Shown in pieces: positions 14,804-22,343 of a stretch of DNA of 24,000 nucleotides (its first letter is position 1; the number at the start of each line of letters is the position of its first letter). Made by a program: the position numbers and the translations under genes. This DNA is from Pseudobdellovibrio sp. HCB154 (GTDB taxonomy: Bacteria; Bdellovibrionota; Bdellovibrionia; Bdellovibrionales; Bdellovibrionaceae): contig NZ_CP176530.1 in NCBI RefSeq assembly GCF_046267985.1, positions 478,881 through 502,880 on the forward strand, read 5' to 3'. The notes under the pieces are model-generated. The model had not been told where the DNA came from. It saw only the letters and a list, made by a program, of their open reading frames with translations, and did no database searches.

Positions 14804-16036
14804 CTACTTTACTTTTTGCCTTTCGCCAAACAAAACCGTGCCGATTCGAATCCATGTCGCACCTTCTTTCAAGGCGACTTCGTAATCGTGGCTGGTTCCC
14901 ATCGAGAGCTCTTTGACTTGTAAGCGATCGGCCAAAGTTTTTAATTTTTTAAAATGAACTTGATTGTCTAAAGCCTGATTTTGCAGGGGAGGCATGGTCA
15001 TAAGCCCCACAATTTTTATATGAGCCAATTGAGTCAATTTATCCCAAGCGGCGAGAACGCTGGATTCGTCGAAACCCGCCTTGGTAGCTTCGTTCGCAAG
15101 ATTTACTTGAATAAAAACTTTTTGCACATGCCCGATTTCAGACGCTTTTTTTGAAACTAATTCGGCCAGTTCCAAAGAATCAATGGCGTGCAAATAAGCA
15201 AAGTTGTTTTTTAAATACTTTACTTTGTTTTTTTGAATCGGGCCGATCAGATGCCATTCTAAATTTAAATCTTTTAAGGCCTCGATTTTTTCTAAAGCCT
15301 CTTGAATATAGTTTTCACCAAAAGCCTTTTGGCCTTGTGAAACCAGTTCACGGATTTTTTCCAACGGTTGTAGTTTACTCACCGCTAGTAAATGTTGGTC
15401 AGCATTCAGTTTAGCTTTAATTTGTGAAAGGGCTGATTTTTCAAATGACCAATTCTTAGAGGTAAAGATTTTTTCTAATGCCGAAAGTGGAAGTCCAACG
15501 ACATTGTTGTAATCACCAACAAACTTTTCCACAAATTTTCCACCAAGACCTTGAATGGCGTAAGAGCCGGCTTTATCCATCGGTTCACCGGTTTTGATGT
15601 AATCCCAGATGTCTTCATCACGCAGGTTTTTGAAAAAAACTTGTGATGTCTCGATATGAGACGTGACTTCAGGTCCAGATTGACCAGCCCCTTGGTCCAG
15701 CAGGATGATCGCGGTTTTTACTTCGTGCATTTTGCCTGAAAGTTTCTTCAAAGTATCAAATGCATCCTGTTCGTTTTCAGGTTTGCCGATCGCTGAATTT
15801 TCTAAACAAACCATGGTGTCCGAAGCCAAAATAATATTGCTCGGATTTTTATCAGGACATAGGTCTAGGCAGGCCAGGGCTTTTCGTTTCGCAATGTCGA
15901 TTATCTGCTCGTCTAAGCTTAGGTTTTCATTCGGAATTTCCGATATGAAGACTGGGAATGAGACAAAATAATAACCGGCTTTTTTCAGAATTTCTGCGCG
16001 CCGCGGAGATTGCGAAGCTAGGACAATTTTTTTCAT
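14804..16036 (-). CDS. maf-yggS: Fusion protein: Maf-like nucleoside-triphosphate pyrophosphatase (N-terminal ~200 aa) + YggS/YlmE-family PLP-binding protein (C-terminal ~210 aa)
   Basis: Single uninterrupted 410-aa frame. Maf half: ASQSPRRAEIL, LASDTMV, DKAGSYAIQG, GDYNNVVGLP. YggS half: LLAVSKLQP (PLP Lys), FGENYIQE, WHLIGPIQKNK, LSMGTSHDYEVALKEGATWIRIGTVLFG. The stop lies 9 nt before the proC start. Confidence 0.9.
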   Translation of the reverse strand: MKKIVLASQSPRRAEILKKAGYYFVSFPVFISEIPNENLSLDEQIIDIAKRKALACLDLCPDKNPSNIILASDTMVCLENSAIGKPENEQDAFDTLKKLSGKMHEVKTAIILLDQGAGQSGPEVTSHIETSQVFFKNLRDEDIWDYIKTGEPMDKAGSYAIQGLGGKFVEKFVGDYNNVVGLPLSALEKIFTSKNWSFEKSALSQIKAKLNADQHLLAVSKLQPLEKIRELVSQGQKAFGENYIQEALEKIEALKDLNLEWHLIGPIQKNKVKYLKNNFAYLHAIDSLELAELVSKKASEIGHVQKVFIQVNLANEATKAGFDESSVLAAWDKLTQLAHIKIVGLMTMPPLQNQALDNQVHFKKLKTLADRLQVKELSMGTSHDYEVALKEGATWIRIGTVLFGERQKVK

Positions 16037-16067
16037 TCAACCAAATTTATAAACCAAAAGAGGATCT

Positions 16068-16976
16068 ATGGGTAGTGCTGAACTCATGTTATTTACTGGT
16101 CTCATCCTAGCGGGTGTGGCGGTTTATCTTTTCATGACTTCCATTTTGGCGGGGAAGCCCGGCGAAGCGCAATTGCAATGGGCCAGCGGTACTGAACCGA
16201 TTAAATCTAAAAATGGAATCATCAATCTTTGCCGTCCGATGGTGCATCAGTTTACTCTGCAGCACGCAGCAAAATTTAAATCTGAGGCTTATCGTAAAAA
16301 AATCCGTCACTTGATCAAAACTGGCGGCATGACATCTGAGATGAACGAAGATGAATTTATCGGTTACCAAATTTTCTTAGGTATCGCTTTTCCGATTTTT
16401 TTAATCATCATGAACTTTTCGTTAGACTTAGGATTTTCTCCGATGATCTTGGCGATGTTAGGCGTTGTGGGTTGGTTCATGCCACAGATGCACTGTAAGG
16501 CGCAGAAGAACGTAAGAACATTAAGCGTTCAGCAAGACATGCCATTTTTTATCGACCTACTTGCGCTTTCAGTTGAAGCGGGTCTTGATTTCTTCGGCGC
16601 GATTCAAAAAATCGTAGATAAAGTGGCTGACGAAAATTCAGTTTTAGCTGAAGAATTTAAAACAGTTTTAAAAGATATCAAAATTGGTTCATCAAAAACA
16701 GATGCGTTAAAAGAAATGGCCGCTCGCTTAGACATGCCAGAGATCACATCTTTCGTAGCCGTGTTAATTGATGCCGAAGCAACAGGCGCTTCAATTTCGC
16801 AAGTGTTAAAAGACCAATCGGTGCAAATGCGTTTAGAGCGCTTTGTTCGTGCGGAAAAAGCCGGAGCGCGTGCTTCGCAATTAATTTTACTTCCATTAAT
16901 GGGATTTATTTTACCAGCCGTATTCATCATGGTTTTCGGACCAGTGATTTTAGGCTTTGTGTACGGAAAGAATTAA
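16068..16976 (+). CDS. Type II secretion system F-domain protein (TadB/TadC-type Flp-pilus platform protein), orphan
   Basis: 302 aa, AAGAGGA SD. N-terminal TM, central double TM and C-terminal TM. T2SS-F domain motifs MPFFIDLLALSVEAGLDFFGAIQKI and ISQVLKDQSVQMRLERFVRAEKAGARASQLILLPLMGFILPAVF. I cannot tell TadB from TadC by eye. Confidence 0.85.
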   Translation: MGSAELMLFTGLILAGVAVYLFMTSILAGKPGEAQLQWASGTEPIKSKNGIINLCRPMVHQFTLQHAAKFKSEAYRKKIRHLIKTGGMTSEMNEDEFIGYQIFLGIAFPIFLIIMNFSLDLGFSPMILAMLGVVGWFMPQMHCKAQKNVRTLSVQQDMPFFIDLLALSVEAGLDFFGAIQKIVDKVADENSVLAEEFKTVLKDIKIGSSKTDALKEMAARLDMPEITSFVAVLIDAEATGASISQVLKDQSVQMRLERFVRAEKAGARASQLILLPLMGFILPAVFIMVFGPVILGFVYGKN

Positions 16977-16979
16977 AAG

Positions 16980-17336
16980 ATGGCAAAACTTTACAAGATT
17001 CAACATGGGGATAAAGCCGAGCTTCTGATTGAAAATCTGGAGTTGGCGGAATCATTTTTTGCCCGTGGTAAAGGGTTGTTAGGCCGAAAATCTTTAAGCC
17101 CGAATGCGGCGTTATGGATTAAGCCTTGTAACAACATTCACACCTTTTTTATGAATTTTGCGATCGATTGCATTTTTGTGAATAAAAAAATGGAAATTGA
17201 AAAAATAGTATCCGTTGTAAAACCCTATAAGATCATTGGGCCTTTTTGGAAAGCATCATCAGTCGTAGAAACAGCAGCTGGCAATGCAGAAAAGTGGAAC
17301 CTTCAGGTAGGAGATCAGTTATATGTGGTCAGTTAG
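16980..17336 (+). CDS. DUF192 (COG1430) family protein
   Basis: 118 aa. FARGKGLLGRKSLSPNAALWIKPCNNIHTFFMNFAIDCIFVNK fits the DUF192 pattern (G-L-M/L-G-R...hhF.....hH..FM.F.hD.hFh). Starts 3 nt after the upstream stop. No signal peptide seen. Confidence 0.8.
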   Translation: MAKLYKIQHGDKAELLIENLELAESFFARGKGLLGRKSLSPNAALWIKPCNNIHTFFMNFAIDCIFVNKKMEIEKIVSVVKPYKIIGPFWKASSVVETAAGNAEKWNLQVGDQLYVVS

Positions 17337-18990
17337 AGTATTATCCGGCCCACAAACCGGACAGATCTTTGATTTAAAGATGGGAAAAAACCTGTTAGGT
17401 CGGGGAATGAGCTGTGATTTTAAAATCACTTCAGGCGGTATTTCGAAAGAGCACTGCGAGATTCACGTATATAAAGATAAAGTGATCGTGGTTGATTTAA
17501 AATCAAGTAACGGAACATTCGTTAATGGCGTAAAAATTCAGAATTCAATTATTAAGTTAGGCGATAAAGTCAGTGTGTTCGACGTAATTATGGATGTAAT
17601 TCCTTCACCGGATATTCGTCCAAAACCATCAGCACCGGCTCCACGCCCGTTAGTGCCGCGCCCACGTCCGCCGGCACAACCAAGACAAATGCCTCCGCAA
17701 ATGTACCAGCAACCCCCAGCATTTCCGACGCAAGGTGGAGCGGCGATGCAAATGCAATATCAGCAGCAAATGCCACCGATGCAAGGTGTGCCGCCACAAA
17801 ATAATTTTGGTGCAGCCGTTGAGCCGCAAAAAACATTGGGTGAGCGCATTGATGACTACATGGAAAATGTAGTGATGCCGGTATTTTATAAAATGTCGGT
17901 GGTGTTTCCATTTAAACAAGTGTTAATGGGCATGATGATTCTCTTTGTGGTGTTTGTCACAATGGCGTCGATTTTTCCTCTGACAACTATTTTAAAAGAA
18001 TCAAATTTTAATGAAGCTTCAAAACGTGCTAAATCTGTGGCGCGTGCCATGGCTCGTATCAATGAGCAGGCACTTCTGTCTGGACAGCTAAATAATCTAA
18101 ATGTCAGTGAAGCTTTAAAAGAAGATGGTATTAAAGAAGCAATCATTATCCAACAAGCTGACGGGGCGATCGTTGCGCCGACAGAAAAAGTGGGTCGTGA
18201 TATGTCTAAGGGCTTTGTGATTCAGGCGCGTAAAGAACCACGTGCCATGGCTGCGCAAGTTGATGATAACACAATTGGCGCAAGTCATCCGATTGCAGCG
18301 TACGATCCATTATCTGGTGAAACAGCCGTTAAATACGTAGCTATCGTATTCTATGATGTCAGTTCATTAAATGTAGATGATGGCCGCGTGGTGAGTTTAT
18401 TCATGCAGACATTAGTTATTTCAGCTCTATTTGGTATTGTTTTATATCTATTATTTGCACGTCTTATCGAATATCCACTGCGTGCTTTGAATAAACAGAT
18501 TGATACGGCCTTACGTGAAAAAACAGATCGCACTGAAGTGGCGTTTGATTATCCAGAGTTACAAAAATCTGTAGCGAATGTGAATTTACTTTTAAACCGT
18601 TTATGGAATGGTTTAAGCGATTCTGAAAACATGAAACCTACGCAAAATCGCGATGTGGAATTTTCACAAATGGTGAATATGATCACGCAACCTGCGGCGG
18701 TGATTAATGTGAGTGGCTCGGTGGTTTCATGCAATCACCAATTTGCAACATTAGTGCAAACATCGCCAGAAGCGTTAGTTTCGCAAAACTACAACACGAT
18801 TGTAGACCCGGCGATGGTGCAAAACATTGAAAGTTTAATTACGCGTGCAAAAGAATCTGTTTATGAAACGCATAGAGATAAAATTCCGTTCTCACAATTT
18901 GAGTGCGAAATTAATTTACAAGCGTTTTTAGACAGTGCCGGTGCACCAGAGTATTTCTTTGTAAGTTTATCTAAGGTGAATCAGGAGTAA
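17323..18990 (+). CDS. FHA-domain transmembrane sensor-like protein (FHA / Pro-Gln-Met linker / TM / periplasmic domain / TM / HAMP-like / PAS-like), no output domain
   Basis: 555 aa.
- FHA at aa ~20-90 with the complete triad (LLGRG; ISKEHCEI; DLKSSNGTFVNG).
- Pro/Gln/Met-rich linker at aa ~95-165.
- TM ~199-221, a ~135-aa extracytoplasmic alpha/beta segment, then TM ~356-381.
- HAMP-like region: EYPLRALNKQIDTAL...ELQKSVANVNLLLNRL.
- PAS-like C-terminus: ITQPAAVINVSGSVVSCNHQFATLVQTSPEALVSQNY.
ATG 17323 overlaps the upstream gene by 14 nt, with a GGAGA SD ~8 nt upstream. Confidence 0.85.
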   Translation: MWSVRVLSGPQTGQIFDLKMGKNLLGRGMSCDFKITSGGISKEHCEIHVYKDKVIVVDLKSSNGTFVNGVKIQNSIIKLGDKVSVFDVIMDVIPSPDIRPKPSAPAPRPLVPRPRPPAQPRQMPPQMYQQPPAFPTQGGAAMQMQYQQQMPPMQGVPPQNNFGAAVEPQKTLGERIDDYMENVVMPVFYKMSVVFPFKQVLMGMMILFVVFVTMASIFPLTTILKESNFNEASKRAKSVARAMARINEQALLSGQLNNLNVSEALKEDGIKEAIIIQQADGAIVAPTEKVGRDMSKGFVIQARKEPRAMAAQVDDNTIGASHPIAAYDPLSGETAVKYVAIVFYDVSSLNVDDGRVVSLFMQTLVISALFGIVLYLLFARLIEYPLRALNKQIDTALREKTDRTEVAFDYPELQKSVANVNLLLNRLWNGLSDSENMKPTQNRDVEFSQMVNMITQPAAVINVSGSVVSCNHQFATLVQTSPEALVSQNYNTIVDPAMVQNIESLITRAKESVYETHRDKIPFSQFECEINLQAFLDSAGAPEYFFVSLSKVNQE

Positions 18991-18999
18991 GGCTAAGTA

Positions 19000-20259
19000 A
19001 TGTCAACGGCTGAAAAGCTACAACCCGCAGTTCAGATTAAATTGAAAGTGCTGAAAGGACCGCACGAAGGGCAGTCTTTTCATCTTTCAAAGAGCTCATT
19101 TACTGTGGGTCGTGGCCCAGAGAATGAGGTCGTTTTAATTAATGACCCGCAGATCAGCCGTCAGCATGCGCGTTTACAAGTGGTTGGCCAAGATATCGAG
19201 ATCATCAACTTATCTAAGAAAAATAAAGTGATGGTGGGATCAGAAGAAATCCAAAAATGGAAACTGATCAACGATTCAACTTTCATGTTGGGTGATACCG
19301 AAATTCAAATCGCCTTTGAAATTGAAAAATTAACACCGATGACGCCAGGTCCGCAATTAGTGCGCACGGATTTACCGGCTGTGCCCGTGGGGTTAGATCT
19401 GAATCCTCCGCCAGCTCCAGCGGCAACACCGCAAGCGAAAAAAACGCCAGCGATGACTCCGCTGCAACCGCAAGCGCCACGCAAGCGACCGATGCCGCCT
19501 CCGGCAAATCGCCAGCAAGTTCCTGCAAATCGTCAGGGGCAAGTGCAAGCACGCGGTCCGATGCAACCAGGCAGACCAGGCCCGCAAGGGCAGATGATGC
19601 CGCGACCAAATCAGCAAATGGGTCCGCAGTTTATTCCAGAAATGGGAATGGGAGCACCACGCCCAGCTACGAATTCTCAAGCAAATAGTGGTGGTGGATT
19701 ACTGGCTAATCCGAAAGCGCGTTTTTATTTAATTGTTGGAGCGATAGTCTTAGGTCTAGTTTATTGGTTAAATATGGAAGAGCCGAAGAAGCCTCAGTCG
19801 AATGAAATTAAATCGACTCTGAAATACGAAGATGAATATCTTCTTAAGCAAAACTCGGTGGCTGAAAAAGAACTGGACCAAAAGCGTAAGGCAAAACTTG
19901 AACAAAAGATGTCGCCGACAAATTTACGTGTTGAAGAGAACTTTCAAAAAGGCATGCGCGATTATCAGCTAGGTAATTACACGCGTGCCCTAGACTTTTT
20001 TCAGGTGGTGTTAAACTTAGATGCCAGCCATGTGATGGCTCGCCGTCATTTATACTTAGCTAAAATCCGCTTCGATGAGATCGTAAAAGCGAAATTAGCA
20101 CTTGGAGAAAGTTATTATCAGAAGCATAATTTTAAAATGTGCAAGGCGATGTACCAGCAAGTTTTGATTATGCTTCAGGGAAAAAACAACGATCAAAGTT
20201 ATCAAACAGCCCAAAGCATGTCAGAAAAATGTGGTCTGGCCGCTGAGGGAATTCGTTAG
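19000..20259 (+). CDS. FHA-domain bitopic membrane protein with extracytoplasmic TPR-like domain
   Basis: 419 aa.
- FHA at aa ~13-107 (FTVGRG; ISRQHARL; the N-G position reads N-K).
- Pro/Gln/Arg-rich linker at aa ~110-238 with several T-P dipeptides.
- One TM (FYLIVGAIVLGLVYWL).
- TPR-like repeats (FQKGMRDYQLGNYTRALDFFQVVLNLDASH; LGESYYQKHNFKMCKAMYQQVL). Confidence 0.85.
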   Translation: MSTAEKLQPAVQIKLKVLKGPHEGQSFHLSKSSFTVGRGPENEVVLINDPQISRQHARLQVVGQDIEIINLSKKNKVMVGSEEIQKWKLINDSTFMLGDTEIQIAFEIEKLTPMTPGPQLVRTDLPAVPVGLDLNPPPAPAATPQAKKTPAMTPLQPQAPRKRPMPPPANRQQVPANRQGQVQARGPMQPGRPGPQGQMMPRPNQQMGPQFIPEMGMGAPRPATNSQANSGGGLLANPKARFYLIVGAIVLGLVYWLNMEEPKKPQSNEIKSTLKYEDEYLLKQNSVAEKELDQKRKAKLEQKMSPTNLRVEENFQKGMRDYQLGNYTRALDFFQVVLNLDASHVMARRHLYLAKIRFDEIVKAKLALGESYYQKHNFKMCKAMYQQVLIMLQGKNNDQSYQTAQSMSEKCGLAAEGIR

Positions 20260-22341
20260 ATGTCGAGATTAAAAGTATTACTAAGGGGAGCACAGATCAG
20301 TGACTTAAACCTTAGCCCTGACCGTGAATATGTCGGTGGGCGTAAGGAAAGTTGCGATATCCGTTTGCAACCTGAAAAAGGCATCTCGCGCGAACATTTC
20401 AAATTAAAATTTGAAGAAGGCCGTTGGGTTTTAACCTCGTTATCACGTTTCGGCGAAATTTTTTCTGTGGGCCAAAGAGTTGAATCAACGCCTCTTGAAC
20501 ATGGCCAGGTTTTTCAAATTCCACCGTATGAATTTATTTTAAGTGATGTTCCTGATTCGGCCAGCGATTCGGTGAACGCCAGCGAAATGCCTGAGGCCGG
20601 TGAGAATGAACGCACGGTTATCGGTGTTGCTCAACAAGTGCCGTACATCAAAATGATGTCGTCTGACGGGCAAGTGCGCGAAATGCTTCGTCTGGAAGTG
20701 GGCGATGTGTGGGCCGCGGGCCGCGATCCTTCGTGCCAAATTATTATTCCTGATCAACGTGTTTCGCGTCGTCAGTTTGAAGTTAGAAAAATTAACGGCA
20801 TTTACACGATTATCGACTTAACAAGTGTGAACGGAACTTTCTTAAACGGTTCACCAATTTCAAGCACTGATCCACAGCCGTTAAAATCAGGTGATGCGAT
20901 CACGGTTCTTGATAATACAATGTATTTCGAACTTCATGACCCGAACTTTCAATACCGTATGGAACGTATCGAAGTTCCTCCAATGCAAATGGGTGGAGCG
21001 GGCGTTGATGACGTGGTTGAAGAAGTTCCGCTTGAAGAAGTGCCTTACGAAGAAGAATATGATCCGAACCAGGATATGAATTATCCGCAGGAAATTGATC
21101 AAGGTTATTATCAAGATCAATTAAATCCGGATGGTTCACCGTTTACCGGTATGCCGCCAGGCCAAATGCAGGGTGACTACTACACTATGCAAGGGGCCGA
21201 GGGTGTCGCACCTGAACAACAAGGTCCACCACCAAGCCCGATCAAACAGGCTTGGACTCGTTTTAAAAATAACAAGCCGGTATTTTATTCGGTTGTCGCT
21301 TTATTTTTAGTGGGTATGTATTTCTTAAGCGAAATGCTGAATGAACCTACTCCACAAAAAGCAACGCAACAGCAAGCATTTAATCCGGACGATCCCTTAT
21401 CACGTTTAAAACCTGAAGAGCGTGAAAATATCAGTCTCTGGTATAACAATGCCGAAAAAGCTTTACGTCAGCAGGCCTTCACGATTGCTAAAGAAAATTT
21501 AGATAATATTCATAAACTTTTACCTTTAGGTTATAAAGATTCAAAACTTTACGAAGCTGAAGCCTTAAACGGTGAGCAAACTCTTTTAACACAACAAGAA
21601 ACTGAACGTCGTGATAAAGAGCAAGCTGAATTACAGGCTTTAATCAAATCCACTTTGGAAAAGTGTGAAAAATCAATCGTGCCAGAAACAACACCTGAAG
21701 GTTTACAAGAGTGTTTGGCGCCAGTGACAATCAACGACCCGACAAATGCTGACGCCGAAAGAATGATTAGCAAAGTTCGCCAAACGATTGCCGACCGTCA
21801 AGCTAAAGAAGATGCTGAACGTGTGGCTAAACAGCAGCGCGAAGATATGAAAGCTATTTTTGAACGTGCTGAAGAAGTTCATAAAACCGGTTTTCCGAAA
21901 AAAGCGATTAAAGCTTATAACGAAGTTTTAGCCAGCGATTTACCAGATCCAGATGGTTACAAAGATATTTCAAAACAACGTATTAAGTTTATCGAGAAAA
22001 AATTAGCAGAACGTAATCAAAACAACATCAGCAATGCCGAAACTTTCCTTAAAGACGGAAAACTTAAAGAAGGCATTATGGCCTTACGTGCAGCGCTGTT
22101 ATTTGATCCAGATAACCAAACGATCAAAGATAAAATTGAGCGTTATTCAAATGATTTAAGAAACCAGGTTAAGGTGATGTACCAAGAATCCATCATCGAT
22201 GAAAACTTTGGTTACGTAGACGGGTCTGATAATAGACCGGGCGCTAAAGACAAATGGAAAAAAATTATTGAAATCGACCTTGAAGATGGTGATTACTACC
22301 GTAAGGCCTTCATTAAACTTAGACGCTACGGAGTTTTCTAG
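20260..22341 (+). CDS. Tandem-FHA bitopic membrane protein with extracytoplasmic coiled-coil/TPR-like region
   Basis: 693 aa.
- FHA-1 at aa ~3-95, divergent (YVGGRKESCDIRL; ISREHFKL; no N-G).
- FHA-2 at aa ~128-226 (WAAGRDPSCQIII; VSRRQFEV; DLTSVNGTFLNG).
- Acidic/Pro/Gln/Tyr linker at aa ~239-329.
- One TM (VFYSVVALFLVGMYFL).
- ~330-aa charged helical region with TPR-like repeats (KAIKAYNEVLASD; GKLKEGIMALRAALLFDPDN).
The ATG directly abuts the upstream TAG. Confidence 0.85.
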   Translation: MSRLKVLLRGAQISDLNLSPDREYVGGRKESCDIRLQPEKGISREHFKLKFEEGRWVLTSLSRFGEIFSVGQRVESTPLEHGQVFQIPPYEFILSDVPDSASDSVNASEMPEAGENERTVIGVAQQVPYIKMMSSDGQVREMLRLEVGDVWAAGRDPSCQIIIPDQRVSRRQFEVRKINGIYTIIDLTSVNGTFLNGSPISSTDPQPLKSGDAITVLDNTMYFELHDPNFQYRMERIEVPPMQMGGAGVDDVVEEVPLEEVPYEEEYDPNQDMNYPQEIDQGYYQDQLNPDGSPFTGMPPGQMQGDYYTMQGAEGVAPEQQGPPPSPIKQAWTRFKNNKPVFYSVVALFLVGMYFLSEMLNEPTPQKATQQQAFNPDDPLSRLKPEERENISLWYNNAEKALRQQAFTIAKENLDNIHKLLPLGYKDSKLYEAEALNGEQTLLTQQETERRDKEQAELQALIKSTLEKCEKSIVPETTPEGLQECLAPVTINDPTNADAERMISKVRQTIADRQAKEDAERVAKQQREDMKAIFERAEEVHKTGFPKKAIKAYNEVLASDLPDPDGYKDISKQRIKFIEKKLAERNQNNISNAETFLKDGKLKEGIMALRAALLFDPDNQTIKDKIERYSNDLRNQVKVMYQESIIDENFGYVDGSDNRPGAKDKWKKIIEIDLEDGDYYRKAFIKLRRYGVF

Positions 22342-22343
22342 TC

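Noticed and set aside
14843-14853. GATTCGAATCC, resembling a tRNA T-arm (GGTTCGAATCC)
   Set aside because: It lies inside the YggS half (codons for W-I-R-I-G on the minus strand). I could not build flanking acceptor, D or anticodon stems, so this is not a tRNA.
14088-15971. Plus-strand ORFs inside proC and maf-yggS (67, 93, 87 and 88 aa)
   Set aside because: They are antisense to genes with clear family motifs, with no independent support.
16107-16930. Minus-strand ORFs (87 aa and 108 aa) inside the TadB/C-like gene
   Set aside because: They are antisense to a well-supported T2SS-F coding frame, although a maf-yggS promoter may lie in this region. I found no evidence they are translated.
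17588-17919. Two overlapping minus-strand ORFs (107 aa and 89 aa) antisense to the FHA sensor gene
   Set aside because: They lie exactly over the GC-rich Pro/Gln/Met linker-coding segment, where the antisense strand is stop-poor for compositional reasons. There is no SD, the products are low-complexity, and the sense-strand gene is strongly supported.
19283-19680. Two overlapping minus-strand ORFs (108 aa and 95 aa) antisense to the FHA-TPR gene
   Set aside because: Same artefact: they mirror the Pro/Gln/Arg-rich linker. The translations are Arg/Leu/Ala-rich nonsense with no start context.
20539-21773. Five short ORFs on both strands within the tandem-FHA gene
   Set aside because: They are nested or antisense, with low-complexity or His/Arg/Ile-rich translations. 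The long sense frame carries the FHA/TM/TPR signatures.
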